NCBI GenBank assembly: GCA_040756875.1
Contig: JBFLYH010000002.1
Coordinates: forward strand, 446,644-510,643
Reading direction: 5' to 3'
Origin: a candidate division FCPU426 bacterium
GTDB lineage: Bacteria > Oederibacteriota > JAAXVQ01 > JAUVAV01
DNA length: 64,000 nucleotides
Every line of letters begins with the position of its first letter. Position 1 is the stretch's first letter. The notes beneath the pieces are model-generated. The model was not told the origin of the DNA and ran no database searches. It was given only the letters and a program-made list of their open reading frames with translations. Positions 1 through 8,069 of the stretch are shown here, in pieces. The position numbers and the translations under genes are program-made.

Positions 1-985
1 AAGCAGCCAGCAGCAGGCAGGCCAGCGCCGGGACGCTGAGATAGCGGTTGTCGAACACATTGATCTTCACCTGGGAATAAACCCACACCATGGCCAGGGG
101 CGCCACCAGCAGTGTTCCCAAGAACAACCAGGTGCGAAACGGGAGGGCCCGGAAATTTTCAGTCAGCCGGGGCCAACCAGCGCTCAGCCACACCCCGGCT
201 GCCAGGGCCAGGCCAGCCAGGACCGCGGCCTTGTCGGACCAGGTCCAGCAGGCCGTGCCCACCATGAATGCGTAGAGGGAGTGGAGCGGCTCCCACAAAC
301 CGGCGCCTGTGCCGCGCCACGAGGGCCCACCCAGGCTCAGGTGGTGCCAGGCCGCCGCCATCCAGGGCGCATACGCCAGGGCCAGGGCTGCTTGCATGAT
401 CAGCCATTCGCGCCACAGGGAGCGGCCTTCGCTGTTTTTCCGCGCCGCGAGCGCCAAAAAAATCCATTCCGCAACCAGGGCCAGCCCGCTGAAATAATGG
501 GTGTAAAGCGCGGCCAGGGTGCACAGCCAGTAGCCCAGCGCAAAACGCCGGCCGCGCGTTTCGAACCAGCGCCAGAAAAAATACAAGGACCCGGCGGACA
601 GCAGGGCCAGCAGTCCGGGCATGCGCGCCTGGCGGGAGAGTTCGATGAAATACGGCGAGGCGGCGACCAGCAGCGCGGCCCACCAGGCCGCGGCGCGGCC
701 GGCCAGCAGCCGCCCCAGGCCGAAGGCCACGGGCACCAGCAAGGCGCCGTAAAGCGCGGAAGGAAAACGCAGGCTGAACTCGCTTGTGCCAGCCAGCCGG
801 ATCCACAGCGCCTGCAGGAAATGGAACAGGGGCGGATGGATGTCCAGCGCAGCTCCCTGCCAAATGCCCGGCCAGGAAGCCGAGGCCAGCCGCAGGCTGT
901 AGGCTTCGTCCAGCCACAGGGAGCGGAAGTCGAGGTGGAAGAGCCGCAGGCCCAGGGCCGCCAAGATCAGGAGCAACAGGCCTAG
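1..985 (-). CDS. GT39/ArnT-like (GT-C, PMT_2 family) membrane glycosyltransferase; N-terminal 328 codons only, 3' end lies beyond the window start
   Basis: The reverse-complement translation starts at ATG 985 as MEYSQALGLLLLILAALGLRLFHLDFRSLWLDEAYS..., the typical N-terminus of polyprenyl-phosphate-sugar-dependent GT-C enzymes, and is polytopic. The frame stays open to position 1. The ORF track omits it because it is incomplete. Confidence 0.65.
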
Positions 986-1002
986 CGCTTGTGAATATTC
1001 CA

Positions 1003-1442
1003 TTCCCCTCCCCTGGTGGGAGGGGCTGGCGGAGGGGGTGCCTTCAGTTCGCAAACCCATGCTTAGCCCCCTCACCCTCCCCTCTCCCGCAGAGGGGAGA
1101 GGGATAATACTTTTGTACTCGCCGCTGCATTGTTCCCCTTTTCCGGCGGAAGGGGTCCACCCAATTTTCTCCCCTCCCCTGGCGGAAGGGGATGGGGGAG
1201 GGGGTGGATTCAGTTCTCAAACCCACACTCATCCCCCTCGCCCTCCCCTCTCCCGCAGAGGGGAGAGGGGTAATACTTTTGTACTCGCCGCTGCATTGTT
1301 CCCCTTTTCCGGCGGAAGGGGTCCACCCGATTTTCTCCCCTCCCCTGGCGGAAGGGGCTGGCGGAGGGGGTGCCTTCAGTTCGCAAACCCATGCTTAGCC
1401 CCCTCACCCTCCCCTCTCCCGCAGAGGGGAGAGGGATAATAA
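1003..1442. repeat. Tandem repeat, about 167 bp unit x 2.6 copies (copy 1 ~1003-1168, copy 2 ~1169-1335, partial copy 3 ~1336-1442; copies 1 and 3 near-identical, copy 2 diverged). Each unit carries GC-rich hairpins (CCCTCTCCC-gcagag-GGGAGAGGG and CCCCTT-ttccggcgg-AAGGGG)
   Basis: Direct reading of the 985-1470 intergenic region between two minus-strand genes. The ORFs 1038..1439(+), 1192..1398(+), 1044..1232(-) and 1210..1407(-) are repeat-driven artefacts with near-identical peptides. Confidence 0.8.
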
Positions 1443-1469
1443 AAATGATTCATCGTTGAGGAATTTAAA

Positions 1470-2612
1470 TTACCCCGCCTTTTCCCGCCGCACGTCCGCG
1501 TACACTTGTTCCAGGGCTTCGGTCATGCGCTCCCAGGTGTACTGTCCGGCCGTGCGCCGGCCGGCTTCGCCCAGGCGCTGGCGCAGGCCGGGTTCGTTCA
1601 GCAGGCGCCGCATGGCCGCGGCCACGCTGGCTTCGCTGGCCCAGGTGTGCAGGATCAGTCCTTCCCGTTCGTTCTTCATCAGTTCCACGGCTCCGGCGTT
1701 GCCGGTCACGAGCACCGGCAGCCCGGCGGCCATGGCTTCCAGGATGCTCAGGCCGAAGGATTCGTATTCCGGCAGGGACACATAGGCGTCGCAGGCCGCG
1801 TACGCGGGCCGGGGATCGCGGCCCGCAGCCAGGAAGCGCACCCAGGGGCCCACGCCCAGGCGTTCGGCCAAGCGCTGGAGCCGCGGTTCCAGTCCCAAGG
1901 TTGTGGCGATCACGACCACGGCTTTGGGTTCGGAGAGCGCGCGCAAGGCCCGGATCAGGCGCTCGGCGCCTTTGAGGCGGGGCGCAGTGGCCACCAAAAG
2001 GAAAGCCGTTTGCTCCGGCGCCAATTCGAGCCGGCGCCGCGTCTCGCCGCGCCACTCGTCCAGCGCGGCCGGGGCAAAGGCTTCGGGGTCCACGCCGGGG
2101 TAGATCACGTGAAACGGAAGATGGCGGGTGCCGGGATAGGCCGCGCGCACCTGGCGCCGCACCTGCCGGGACACGGCCACCAGGGCGCGGGCGCTGGCAA
2201 AAGCGTTGCGTTCCATCTGCACCACGGCGCGGTGGTTGAGGCTGAAAAACTTCCGCAGGCGGTTGACCCAACCGGGATGGGCGCGCAGCGAGGCCCGCAT
2301 GCCGGCCAGGTGGCAGGAATGGGCGGTCACCACGTCCCCCCAGCGCCCGTCCGAGCCTTGTGTGTGCACGAGGTCATAGGCCTGCTGGTGGGCCACGAAC
2401 CCCGCCCGGGTGCTGAAGGACAGCACCGAACGCCACAACGGCGCGCGGGCCGAGGGCACGGGCACCAGCGCGGCCGGGCAGGCCGCGTATTCGCCGGGGC
2501 GCGTGATCACCACCACCTCGTGCCGAACGGCCAGGCGCGTGGCCAGCTCGAAAGTGTACCGGGGGATGCCGGCGCCCGGCCGGCAGCCGCGGGCGATCAG
2601 GGCGATCTTCAT
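1470..2612 (-). CDS. Glycosyltransferase family 4 (GT-B, RfaG-like)
   Basis: MKIALIARG... start. GT4 C-terminal motif region (...LPEYESFGLSILEAMAAGLPVLVT...). ATGA overlap with the downstream gene at 2609-2612. The annotated ATG at 2645 is probably an N-terminal over-extension. Confidence 0.75.
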   Translation of the reverse strand: MKIALIARGCRPGAGIPRYTFELATRLAVRHEVVVITRPGEYAACPAALVPVPSARAPLWRSVLSFSTRAGFVAHQQAYDLVHTQGSDGRWGDVVTAHSCHLAGMRASLRAHPGWVNRLRKFFSLNHRAVVQMERNAFASARALVAVSRQVRRQVRAAYPGTRHLPFHVIYPGVDPEAFAPAALDEWRGETRRRLELAPEQTAFLLVATAPRLKGAERLIRALRALSEPKAVVVIATTLGLEPRLQRLAERLGVGPWVRFLAAGRDPRPAYAACDAYVSLPEYESFGLSILEAMAAGLPVLVTGNAGAVELMKNEREGLILHTWASEASVAAAMRRLLNEPGLRQRLGEAGRRTAGQYTWERMTEALEQVYADVRREKAG

Positions 2613-3724
2613 GCGGCCTCCTGATCGCGCAGGCGGCGGTACCATTTGTAGGTCTCGCGCGCCAGACGGTCGGTGGTGAAATGGGCCAGCACCCGCTCCC
2701 GGCCCTTGCGGCTATAGAACGCCGCCAGCGAGGGCTGGGACTGGATTTTCTGCAACTGGCCGGCCAGCATTTCCCACCGGCCCTCGGGGAAGATCATGCC
2801 CGCTTCCCCGATCACGAAGGGGATCTCCCCTGAGTCCGATCCGATCACCGGCACTTCGCAAGCCATGGCCTCGACCAGCACGCGGCCGAACTGCTCCTTC
2901 CAGAACGGCCGGGTTTCGGAGGGCAGCACCAGCACGTCCAGCCGGCCGAGGGCTTCGGGCATGTGGTCATTGGGAATGGCGGGGATGAATTCGACGCGCG
3001 GTTCGAGCCCGAGCTGCTCCACCCGGGCCCGCAGCAGGGGCGCATGCGGCCCGCTGCCCGTGATCTGCAGGCGCCAGTCGCACGGCAGGCTGCGCACCGC
3101 GGCCAGCAGGGTGTCCAGGCCTTTTTCCTCCAGCAGGCGGCCGAAATAACCGATGGTGAACGTCCGTTTCAACCCGGGTTCCCTGGCCTGCGGCCGGAAG
3201 ACTTCGGGATCGACGCCGTACTGGGGCAGCACCAGGCATTCGCCGTGAAACCCGCGGCGGGCCAGCACTTCGCGGGCGGCCTGGTTGCCCGCAATGGCCC
3301 AGCGCGCGCGGCTCACCACCCAGCGGTCGACCCAGGACAGCGGCCACTTGTAGCCGCGGAAAATATTTTCCCACGTGAAAAACACCAGGGGCCGCCGGTG
3401 GCGCCGGGCCAGGCGCAGGGCCTGGCCGCAGACCAGGGAATAGGGTTCTTCCTCCACGTGGATGAGCTCGGGCTCCACCTGGCGCACGAGTTCGGGAAGC
3501 CCTTTCAGCCAGAACCCGCCCACGCGGCCCAGTCCCCAGCCGGGCAGGCGGTGGATCTGGATGCCCTCCTCCCAGCCCGGAGCCGGCGCCTCCACCCAGC
3601 GGCCGCCTTCGGGCCAGGCCTCGGGCAGGACCAGGTGCAGCTCGCAGCCCAGTTTGGCCAGGGCGTGGAATTTGCGGCGGTACAGCCCGACCACCGCGCT
3701 GTGGGAAATCACCAAAACTTTCAC
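2609..3724 (-). CDS. Glycosyltransferase family 4
   Basis: 371 aa beginning MKVLVISHSAVVGLYRRKFHALA and carrying ...VLPSETRPFWKEQFGRVLVEAMACEVPVIGSDSGEIP..., the E-X7-E GT4 signature region. Confidence 0.75.
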   Translation of the reverse strand: MKVLVISHSAVVGLYRRKFHALAKLGCELHLVLPEAWPEGGRWVEAPAPGWEEGIQIHRLPGWGLGRVGGFWLKGLPELVRQVEPELIHVEEEPYSLVCGQALRLARRHRRPLVFFTWENIFRGYKWPLSWVDRWVVSRARWAIAGNQAAREVLARRGFHGECLVLPQYGVDPEVFRPQAREPGLKRTFTIGYFGRLLEEKGLDTLLAAVRSLPCDWRLQITGSGPHAPLLRARVEQLGLEPRVEFIPAIPNDHMPEALGRLDVLVLPSETRPFWKEQFGRVLVEAMACEVPVIGSDSGEIPFVIGEAGMIFPEGRWEMLAGQLQKIQSQPSLAAFYSRKGRERVLAHFTTDRLARETYKWYRRLRDQEAA

Positions 3725-3860
3725 GGCATCCGGTCCCTTCGAAGCGCTCTAAGGATTGTAACCAACCCGGAGGGTTAGGGAAACTGGTATTTCGAAAGAC
3801 GCCGCGGCTGCGAAACGGATTTTCTTGCGTCACGGGCAGCCGGGGCCGGCCGGCAGGGGC

Positions 3861-4976
3861 TCAGCAGGAAGCGAGAATCTGCCGGTACATTCCGCGCGTA
3901 AGGGAAATGATCCGCTCCCAGGAAAAATAAGCGCGGCTTACTTCCAATGCCTCGCGGCGCAGGCTGGCCGTGAGCTCCGGGTGGTCCAAAAGATGCAGGA
4001 TGCCTTGCGCCAGATCCACGGGATCGCGGGGCCGTACGGCCCAAAAATGCCGGTTGGCCGTCAGCTCTTCGAGCGCCAGCGGCGGGTCGGTGGAGATCAC
4101 CGCCAGGCCGTGCGCCAGCACGGCCACCAGGCTGCTGCGGTTCAGGCGCGCGCCCTCGGAATACGGCTGCACGGCAATGCGGCCGGAGCGCAGGGCCGCG
4201 CCGGCTTCAGCCGCGGGCAAATAACCCGTGAACACCACCTCGGCCTCGAGCCCAAGCGCTTGAATGCGCTGTTTGACGATCCGGTGGTAGGCGTAGGCTT
4301 CGGGTTCCAGGGCCGTGACCGCCAGCAGGCGCTGGGGCCGGCCCTGGCCTTTGAGGCGCGCCAGGGCCAGGAGCAAATCTTCCCAGCCTTTGTTCGGCAT
4401 GATGGTGCCGAAGTGGACCAGGTCCGTCGCCGCCGGCCCGGTTGCGGCCTCCGGAGTTTCCGCTTCCAGGGGATTGCCCAGCGGAATGATCTGAATCTTT
4501 TCCCGGCAGGACGGAAAATCGTTTTCCAGGGCTTTTTGATCCAGGCGGTTGGTGCAGATCAGGCGGTGCGCGAAGCGCAGGGTCGGCCACAGCCGGGCTT
4601 TGCCCTTCCAGGTGAACTGGCGGTATTCGTGCAGGGTCGCCACGCGGCGGCCGCGGAACCCCGTCAGTTCCAGCGCCGGAAAAAGCAGGTTGGGCGCCAA
4701 GCCCAGGCCATAGCCCAGGGCCGGATAATGCAGATGAACCACTTCAGGCGCCAGCCGGCGCACATGCGCCGCCAGCTCCAGGGTGCGGGCCGCGTTCCAG
4801 TCCAATTGCAGGGGCAGGAGCTCCACTTGAGCTGCCGGCGGTGCGGCGACCGAAGCGGAAGTCAGCACCTGCACGCTTTCTCCGGCCGCGGACAGCCGTT
4901 CGGCCTGCAGATAAACCTGGTCTCCCACCCCGCAGCGGACCGGGGGGTAGGAGGCGGAGATCAAACAGACTCTCAT
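3861..4976 (-). CDS. Glycosyltransferase family 4
   Basis: Start MRVCLISASYPPVRCGVGDQ... at 4976. ATGA overlap with the upstream Wzy-like gene's stop. The 805-aa ORF 3861..6278 is an antisense/over-extended artefact; only its C-terminal 371 aa look like protein. Confidence 0.7.
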   Translation of the reverse strand: MRVCLISASYPPVRCGVGDQVYLQAERLSAAGESVQVLTSASVAAPPAAQVELLPLQLDWNAARTLELAAHVRRLAPEVVHLHYPALGYGLGLAPNLLFPALELTGFRGRRVATLHEYRQFTWKGKARLWPTLRFAHRLICTNRLDQKALENDFPSCREKIQIIPLGNPLEAETPEAATGPAATDLVHFGTIMPNKGWEDLLLALARLKGQGRPQRLLAVTALEPEAYAYHRIVKQRIQALGLEAEVVFTGYLPAAEAGAALRSGRIAVQPYSEGARLNRSSLVAVLAHGLAVISTDPPLALEELTANRHFWAVRPRDPVDLAQGILHLLDHPELTASLRREALEVSRAYFSWERIISLTRGMYRQILASC

Positions 4977-6394
4977 GGCTGCCGCTCCGGCTGGCGCGAC
5001 CGCGCCCGGCGCAGCCACGCCAGCGCTGCGGCCGCGGCCACGGCCGCGTGCATCCCGCGGTCGTGAACCAGCCCTTGTTCGGTGAAATTGGCGGCAAAGA
5101 ATCCGGCCAGTCCGGCGGCCAAGGCCCAGCCTGCGGCTTGCGGCCAGCCGGCAGGCAGGCGCCGCAAATACCCGGCCATTCTGGCCACGTAGCGCCAAAC
5201 CGCCAGCCCAACGGCCGCCAGGCCCGCGGCCCCGGTTTCCACGAGCACGGTCAGCCACAGGGAATGCGGATGCGTGAGCAGGCCGATGGGATTGACGCTG
5301 CCCGAGCCCCACAGCGGCGCCACATGCCGGTACATGCCCGGCCCGATCCCCAGCCAGGGCGAAGTCGCCAGCATCCGGCCGGACACGAACAGGTAATCCC
5401 AGCGGTCCTGCCAGGAAGACAGCTTGTCCTCCCAAAACGGCCCGCTGAGCAGTTCGGGTTTCAGGCCGATGAACAGGGCCGCGCCGGCCAAAGCGATGAT
5501 CGTTGTCCATAAGCCCCAGCGCGGCTGTTCGCAAGCGGCCCATCCCAGCAACACGGCCGCAGCGCAGGCCACGGCCAGCCAGCCGGTCAGGGAGAAGGTC
5601 ATCAGGAACCCCGCGGTCATGCACGCGCAGGCCAGCAGGCCCGCCAGCCGGCCCCAGGGCCGGGGATGGAACAGGGCCGCGGCCGCGCTGAAGGGCAGCA
5701 GCAGGGCCAGGTACATGGCCAGGGCATTGGCCCCGAATCCGGCGGCCGCGCGCACCGTGTCGCCCGCGGCCAGGGAAATGCGGGTCAGCTCCGGCCGGGC
5801 GCCCGCGCCGGCCGCAACCTCGGCCACGCCTGTCCAGGCGCTGATCACGGCAGCCGCGATCATGGCCCAGAACACGCGTTCCGCGTCGCGGCTGCGGCGC
5901 AGCCAGCCCAGGGTCAGCAGAAACGCCAGCAGAAATTCCCACCAGCGCAACAGGCCGCGCCAGGCGGCCGGCGCCTGAGCCAGCCAGGCGGACAGGGCCA
6001 GCACCAGCACAAACGGCCAAAACCAGCCCAGGGCCGAAAGGATTTGGGCGCGCCAGGACGGCTGGCGGAACCAATGCCAGGCCGCGCCGGGCAGGGCCGC
6101 CAGCAACAGCATTTCGCCGGTGTATACGGTCAGCAGCCCGCCGAATTCCCGCGCGTACTCGAACGGCAGGCAAAACACCCACAAGGCCGGCAGCCAGCAC
6201 GGGGCCATGAACCCCAGCAGCAGCGCGGCCGCGCCGAGGACCATGTCCGCCATGGCCGAGCCGCGGCCGAGAAACCAAACCAGCCCGGCGGCCAGGCTCA
6301 CGGCCAGGGCGGCCCGGTCCTGGCGCCGGGCGAGAAAAAGCGCCCGGCCCGACGCGCCGAAGAAGCCGGCGGAAAAATCGGCGGCCGCGAACAT
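4973..6394 (-). CDS. O-antigen ligase / Wzy-type polymerase family membrane protein (Wzy_C domain)
   Basis: 473 aa, polytopic. Contains ...SPWLGIGPGMYRHV...GSVNPIGLLTHPHSLWLTVLVETGAAGL..., typical of the O-antigen ligase domain. Confidence 0.65.
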   Translation of the reverse strand: MFAAADFSAGFFGASGRALFLARRQDRAALAVSLAAGLVWFLGRGSAMADMVLGAAALLLGFMAPCWLPALWVFCLPFEYAREFGGLLTVYTGEMLLLAALPGAAWHWFRQPSWRAQILSALGWFWPFVLVLALSAWLAQAPAAWRGLLRWWEFLLAFLLTLGWLRRSRDAERVFWAMIAAAVISAWTGVAEVAAGAGARPELTRISLAAGDTVRAAAGFGANALAMYLALLLPFSAAAALFHPRPWGRLAGLLACACMTAGFLMTFSLTGWLAVACAAAVLLGWAACEQPRWGLWTTIIALAGAALFIGLKPELLSGPFWEDKLSSWQDRWDYLFVSGRMLATSPWLGIGPGMYRHVAPLWGSGSVNPIGLLTHPHSLWLTVLVETGAAGLAAVGLAVWRYVARMAGYLRRLPAGWPQAAGWALAAGLAGFFAANFTEQGLVHDRGMHAAVAAAAALAWLRRARSRQPERQP

Positions 6395-6395
6395 G

Positions 6396-6902
6396 TCAGC
6401 GGGAAATGGGTTGCATAAAGGAGAGGTATTGGCGGGCGCCGTCGTCCAGCGGCTTGACGCGTGTGATCAGCCCCGAGCATTCGACTTTCGCGGTCATGAT
6501 CAGGCACCAGACCCCGGCCCGCAGTTGCGCGGGTTCCGAAGGAAAACCCGGATGCAGGCGGACCAGGCGCAGCGGGCCGCTGATCCTCAGCTTGATCAGC
6601 ATGTCCTGCCGGCCGGCCAGGGGCACGGGCGAAGGCAGGGCGTCCAGGGGCTGGACAGGCTGCAGGGAAAGGATCTCGGCCACTTTCCTGCCCTGCGAAT
6701 CCAGCACTGCGTCACCGGGCGCGAGCAGGGCCATCAGTTCCGGCAGGGGTTTGGGCACCCTGACCTCGGCTATGGCCACGCCGTTGAAATCCCCGCCATT
6801 CGCGCCCCGCGACAGGGCGTAGCGCACCACCATGCCGGCGGCAAACACAGCCAGCAACAGCACCAGCAAATCCCACCACCGCAGCGTCCAGTCGGATTTC
6901 AT
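6396..6902 (-). CDS. Small membrane-anchored protein of unknown function (N-terminal TM helix, about 168 aa); paralogue of 25829..26335
   Basis: MKSDWTLRWWDLLVLLLAVFAAGMVV... has a single N-terminal hydrophobic segment followed by a soluble domain. Sits 1 nt upstream of the Wzy-like gene. Confidence 0.5.
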   Translation of the reverse strand: MKSDWTLRWWDLLVLLLAVFAAGMVVRYALSRGANGGDFNGVAIAEVRVPKPLPELMALLAPGDAVLDSQGRKVAEILSLQPVQPLDALPSPVPLAGRQDMLIKLRISGPLRLVRLHPGFPSEPAQLRAGVWCLIMTAKVECSGLITRVKPLDDGARQYLSFMQPISR

Positions 6903-7011
6903 AACCGCTCCTTTCCAAAATCACATCAGCCACAGATGAACATGGAAAAACACCGTTAAATCCGGATCACCAAGAGCACGAAGAACAATCAAGAGCACGG
7001 ATAAAACGGTT

Positions 7012-7034
7012 CGGGGTTAACGGCTTTTACCCCG
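7012..7034 (-). terminator. GC hairpin cggggt-taacggctttt-accccg overlapping the stop of the GT2 gene; possible weak terminator or attenuator
   Basis: Inverted repeat read directly. Only a short T-run follows on the minus strand (aaccgTTTTat). Confidence 0.3.
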
Positions 7035-8069
7035 AATACCTTCGTGCCCTTCGTTTTTCTTCGTGTCCTTCGTGGTCATCCCTGTCTCCGGTTTGATGCT
7101 CCAGTACTTCCATTCGCCGGCCAGCACCCAGAACAGCCGCAGCCAGGGAACGGCCGCGAACTGGGGGATCAGCAGTGCGAGCTCCTGCCAGCGCACGCGG
7201 CGCTTGCGGCAGACCGCGTACACCGACCCTGCCCAGCCCAGGAGCCAGGCCGCCAGGCCCGCGGCCAGCAGGAGCGGCCGGCCCAGCAACGCGCCCAGCG
7301 CAGCGGCCGGTGCGCCGGTATACACGCCCCAGAAAAAAACCGGGAACGCGCGGCCGTCGATCCACTTCAGGTGGCGGCGGTAAAGGGCCGGATGCTTGCG
7401 CCGCAACAAAGCCTCGTGCAGGCCGTAGCGCGCCTCCCGCAGGTAGACCGTGGCCGGCGCCTGAAACAGGGGATGCTCCACGATGCAGGCCGGCTCGAAG
7501 ACAATGCGTCCGCCGTGTTCCAGCACCGAAAAGGCGAAATCCGAATCCTCGCGGTTGGCCCGCAGGAACCTGCGGTCAAATCCCCCCAACGCGGCAAAGA
7601 CAGAACGGCGGTACAACATGTTGCAGGTGATGAAATTGCCGCCGCGGGTGTTGGCCACCAGGTGCGTCAGGGCGGTGGGCCGGCCGGAGTCCAGCGGAGG
7701 CCGGGTCAGCCCCTCCACGCCGGCCACCGCCGGGTCGTCGAAATGCGGGGCCGCGCGTTTCCACCAGGCGGGATCCACCAGCACGTCCGAATCCAGAAAA
7801 CCGAGAATCTCGCCCCGGGCGGCGGCCGCGCCCTGGTTGCGGGCCGCGGCCGGCCCTTGGGACCTTTCCTGGCGCAGAACGACCAGTGAAAACGGATCGC
7901 GGCGCGCGGCCAGGGCCGCGGCCGTATCGTCCGTGGAGCCGTCATCCACGACGATCACCTCGAGGTCCTGCGGCAAAACCTCGACCCGCGCCAGGGTATC
8001 CAGGGTCCGGCCGAGCAGTTCGCGGCGGTTGAAGGTCGGGATCACCACGGACACTCGCGGGGCGCTCAT
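7017..8069 (-). CDS. Glycosyltransferase family 2 with C-terminal transmembrane region
   Basis: Start MSAPRVSVVIPTFNRRELL...VVDDGSTDDT...DSD. Hydrophobic C-terminal third. ATGA overlap with wzx-like stop at 8066-8069. The 711-aa ORF to 9152 is an over-extension. Confidence 0.7.
   Translation of the reverse strand: MSAPRVSVVIPTFNRRELLGRTLDTLARVEVLPQDLEVIVVDDGSTDDTAAALAARRDPFSLVVLRQERSQGPAAARNQGAAAARGEILGFLDSDVLVDPAWWKRAAPHFDDPAVAGVEGLTRPPLDSGRPTALTHLVANTRGGNFITCNMLYRRSVFAALGGFDRRFLRANREDSDFAFSVLEHGGRIVFEPACIVEHPLFQAPATVYLREARYGLHEALLRRKHPALYRRHLKWIDGRAFPVFFWGVYTGAPAAALGALLGRPLLLAAGLAAWLLGWAGSVYAVCRKRRVRWQELALLIPQFAAVPWLRLFWVLAGEWKYWSIKPETGMTTKDTKKNEGHEGIRGKSR

Noticed and set aside
1038-1439. 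133-aa and related small ORFs inside the tandem repeat
   Set aside because: Created by the repeat itself: identical peptide segments recur with the DNA repeat. Pro/Gly-rich with no start context.
3861-6278. 805-aa minus-strand ORF
   Set aside because: Only the C-terminal 371 aa (from MRVCLISASYPP) look like a protein (GT4). The upstream part runs out of frame through the Wzy-like gene and is low-complexity.
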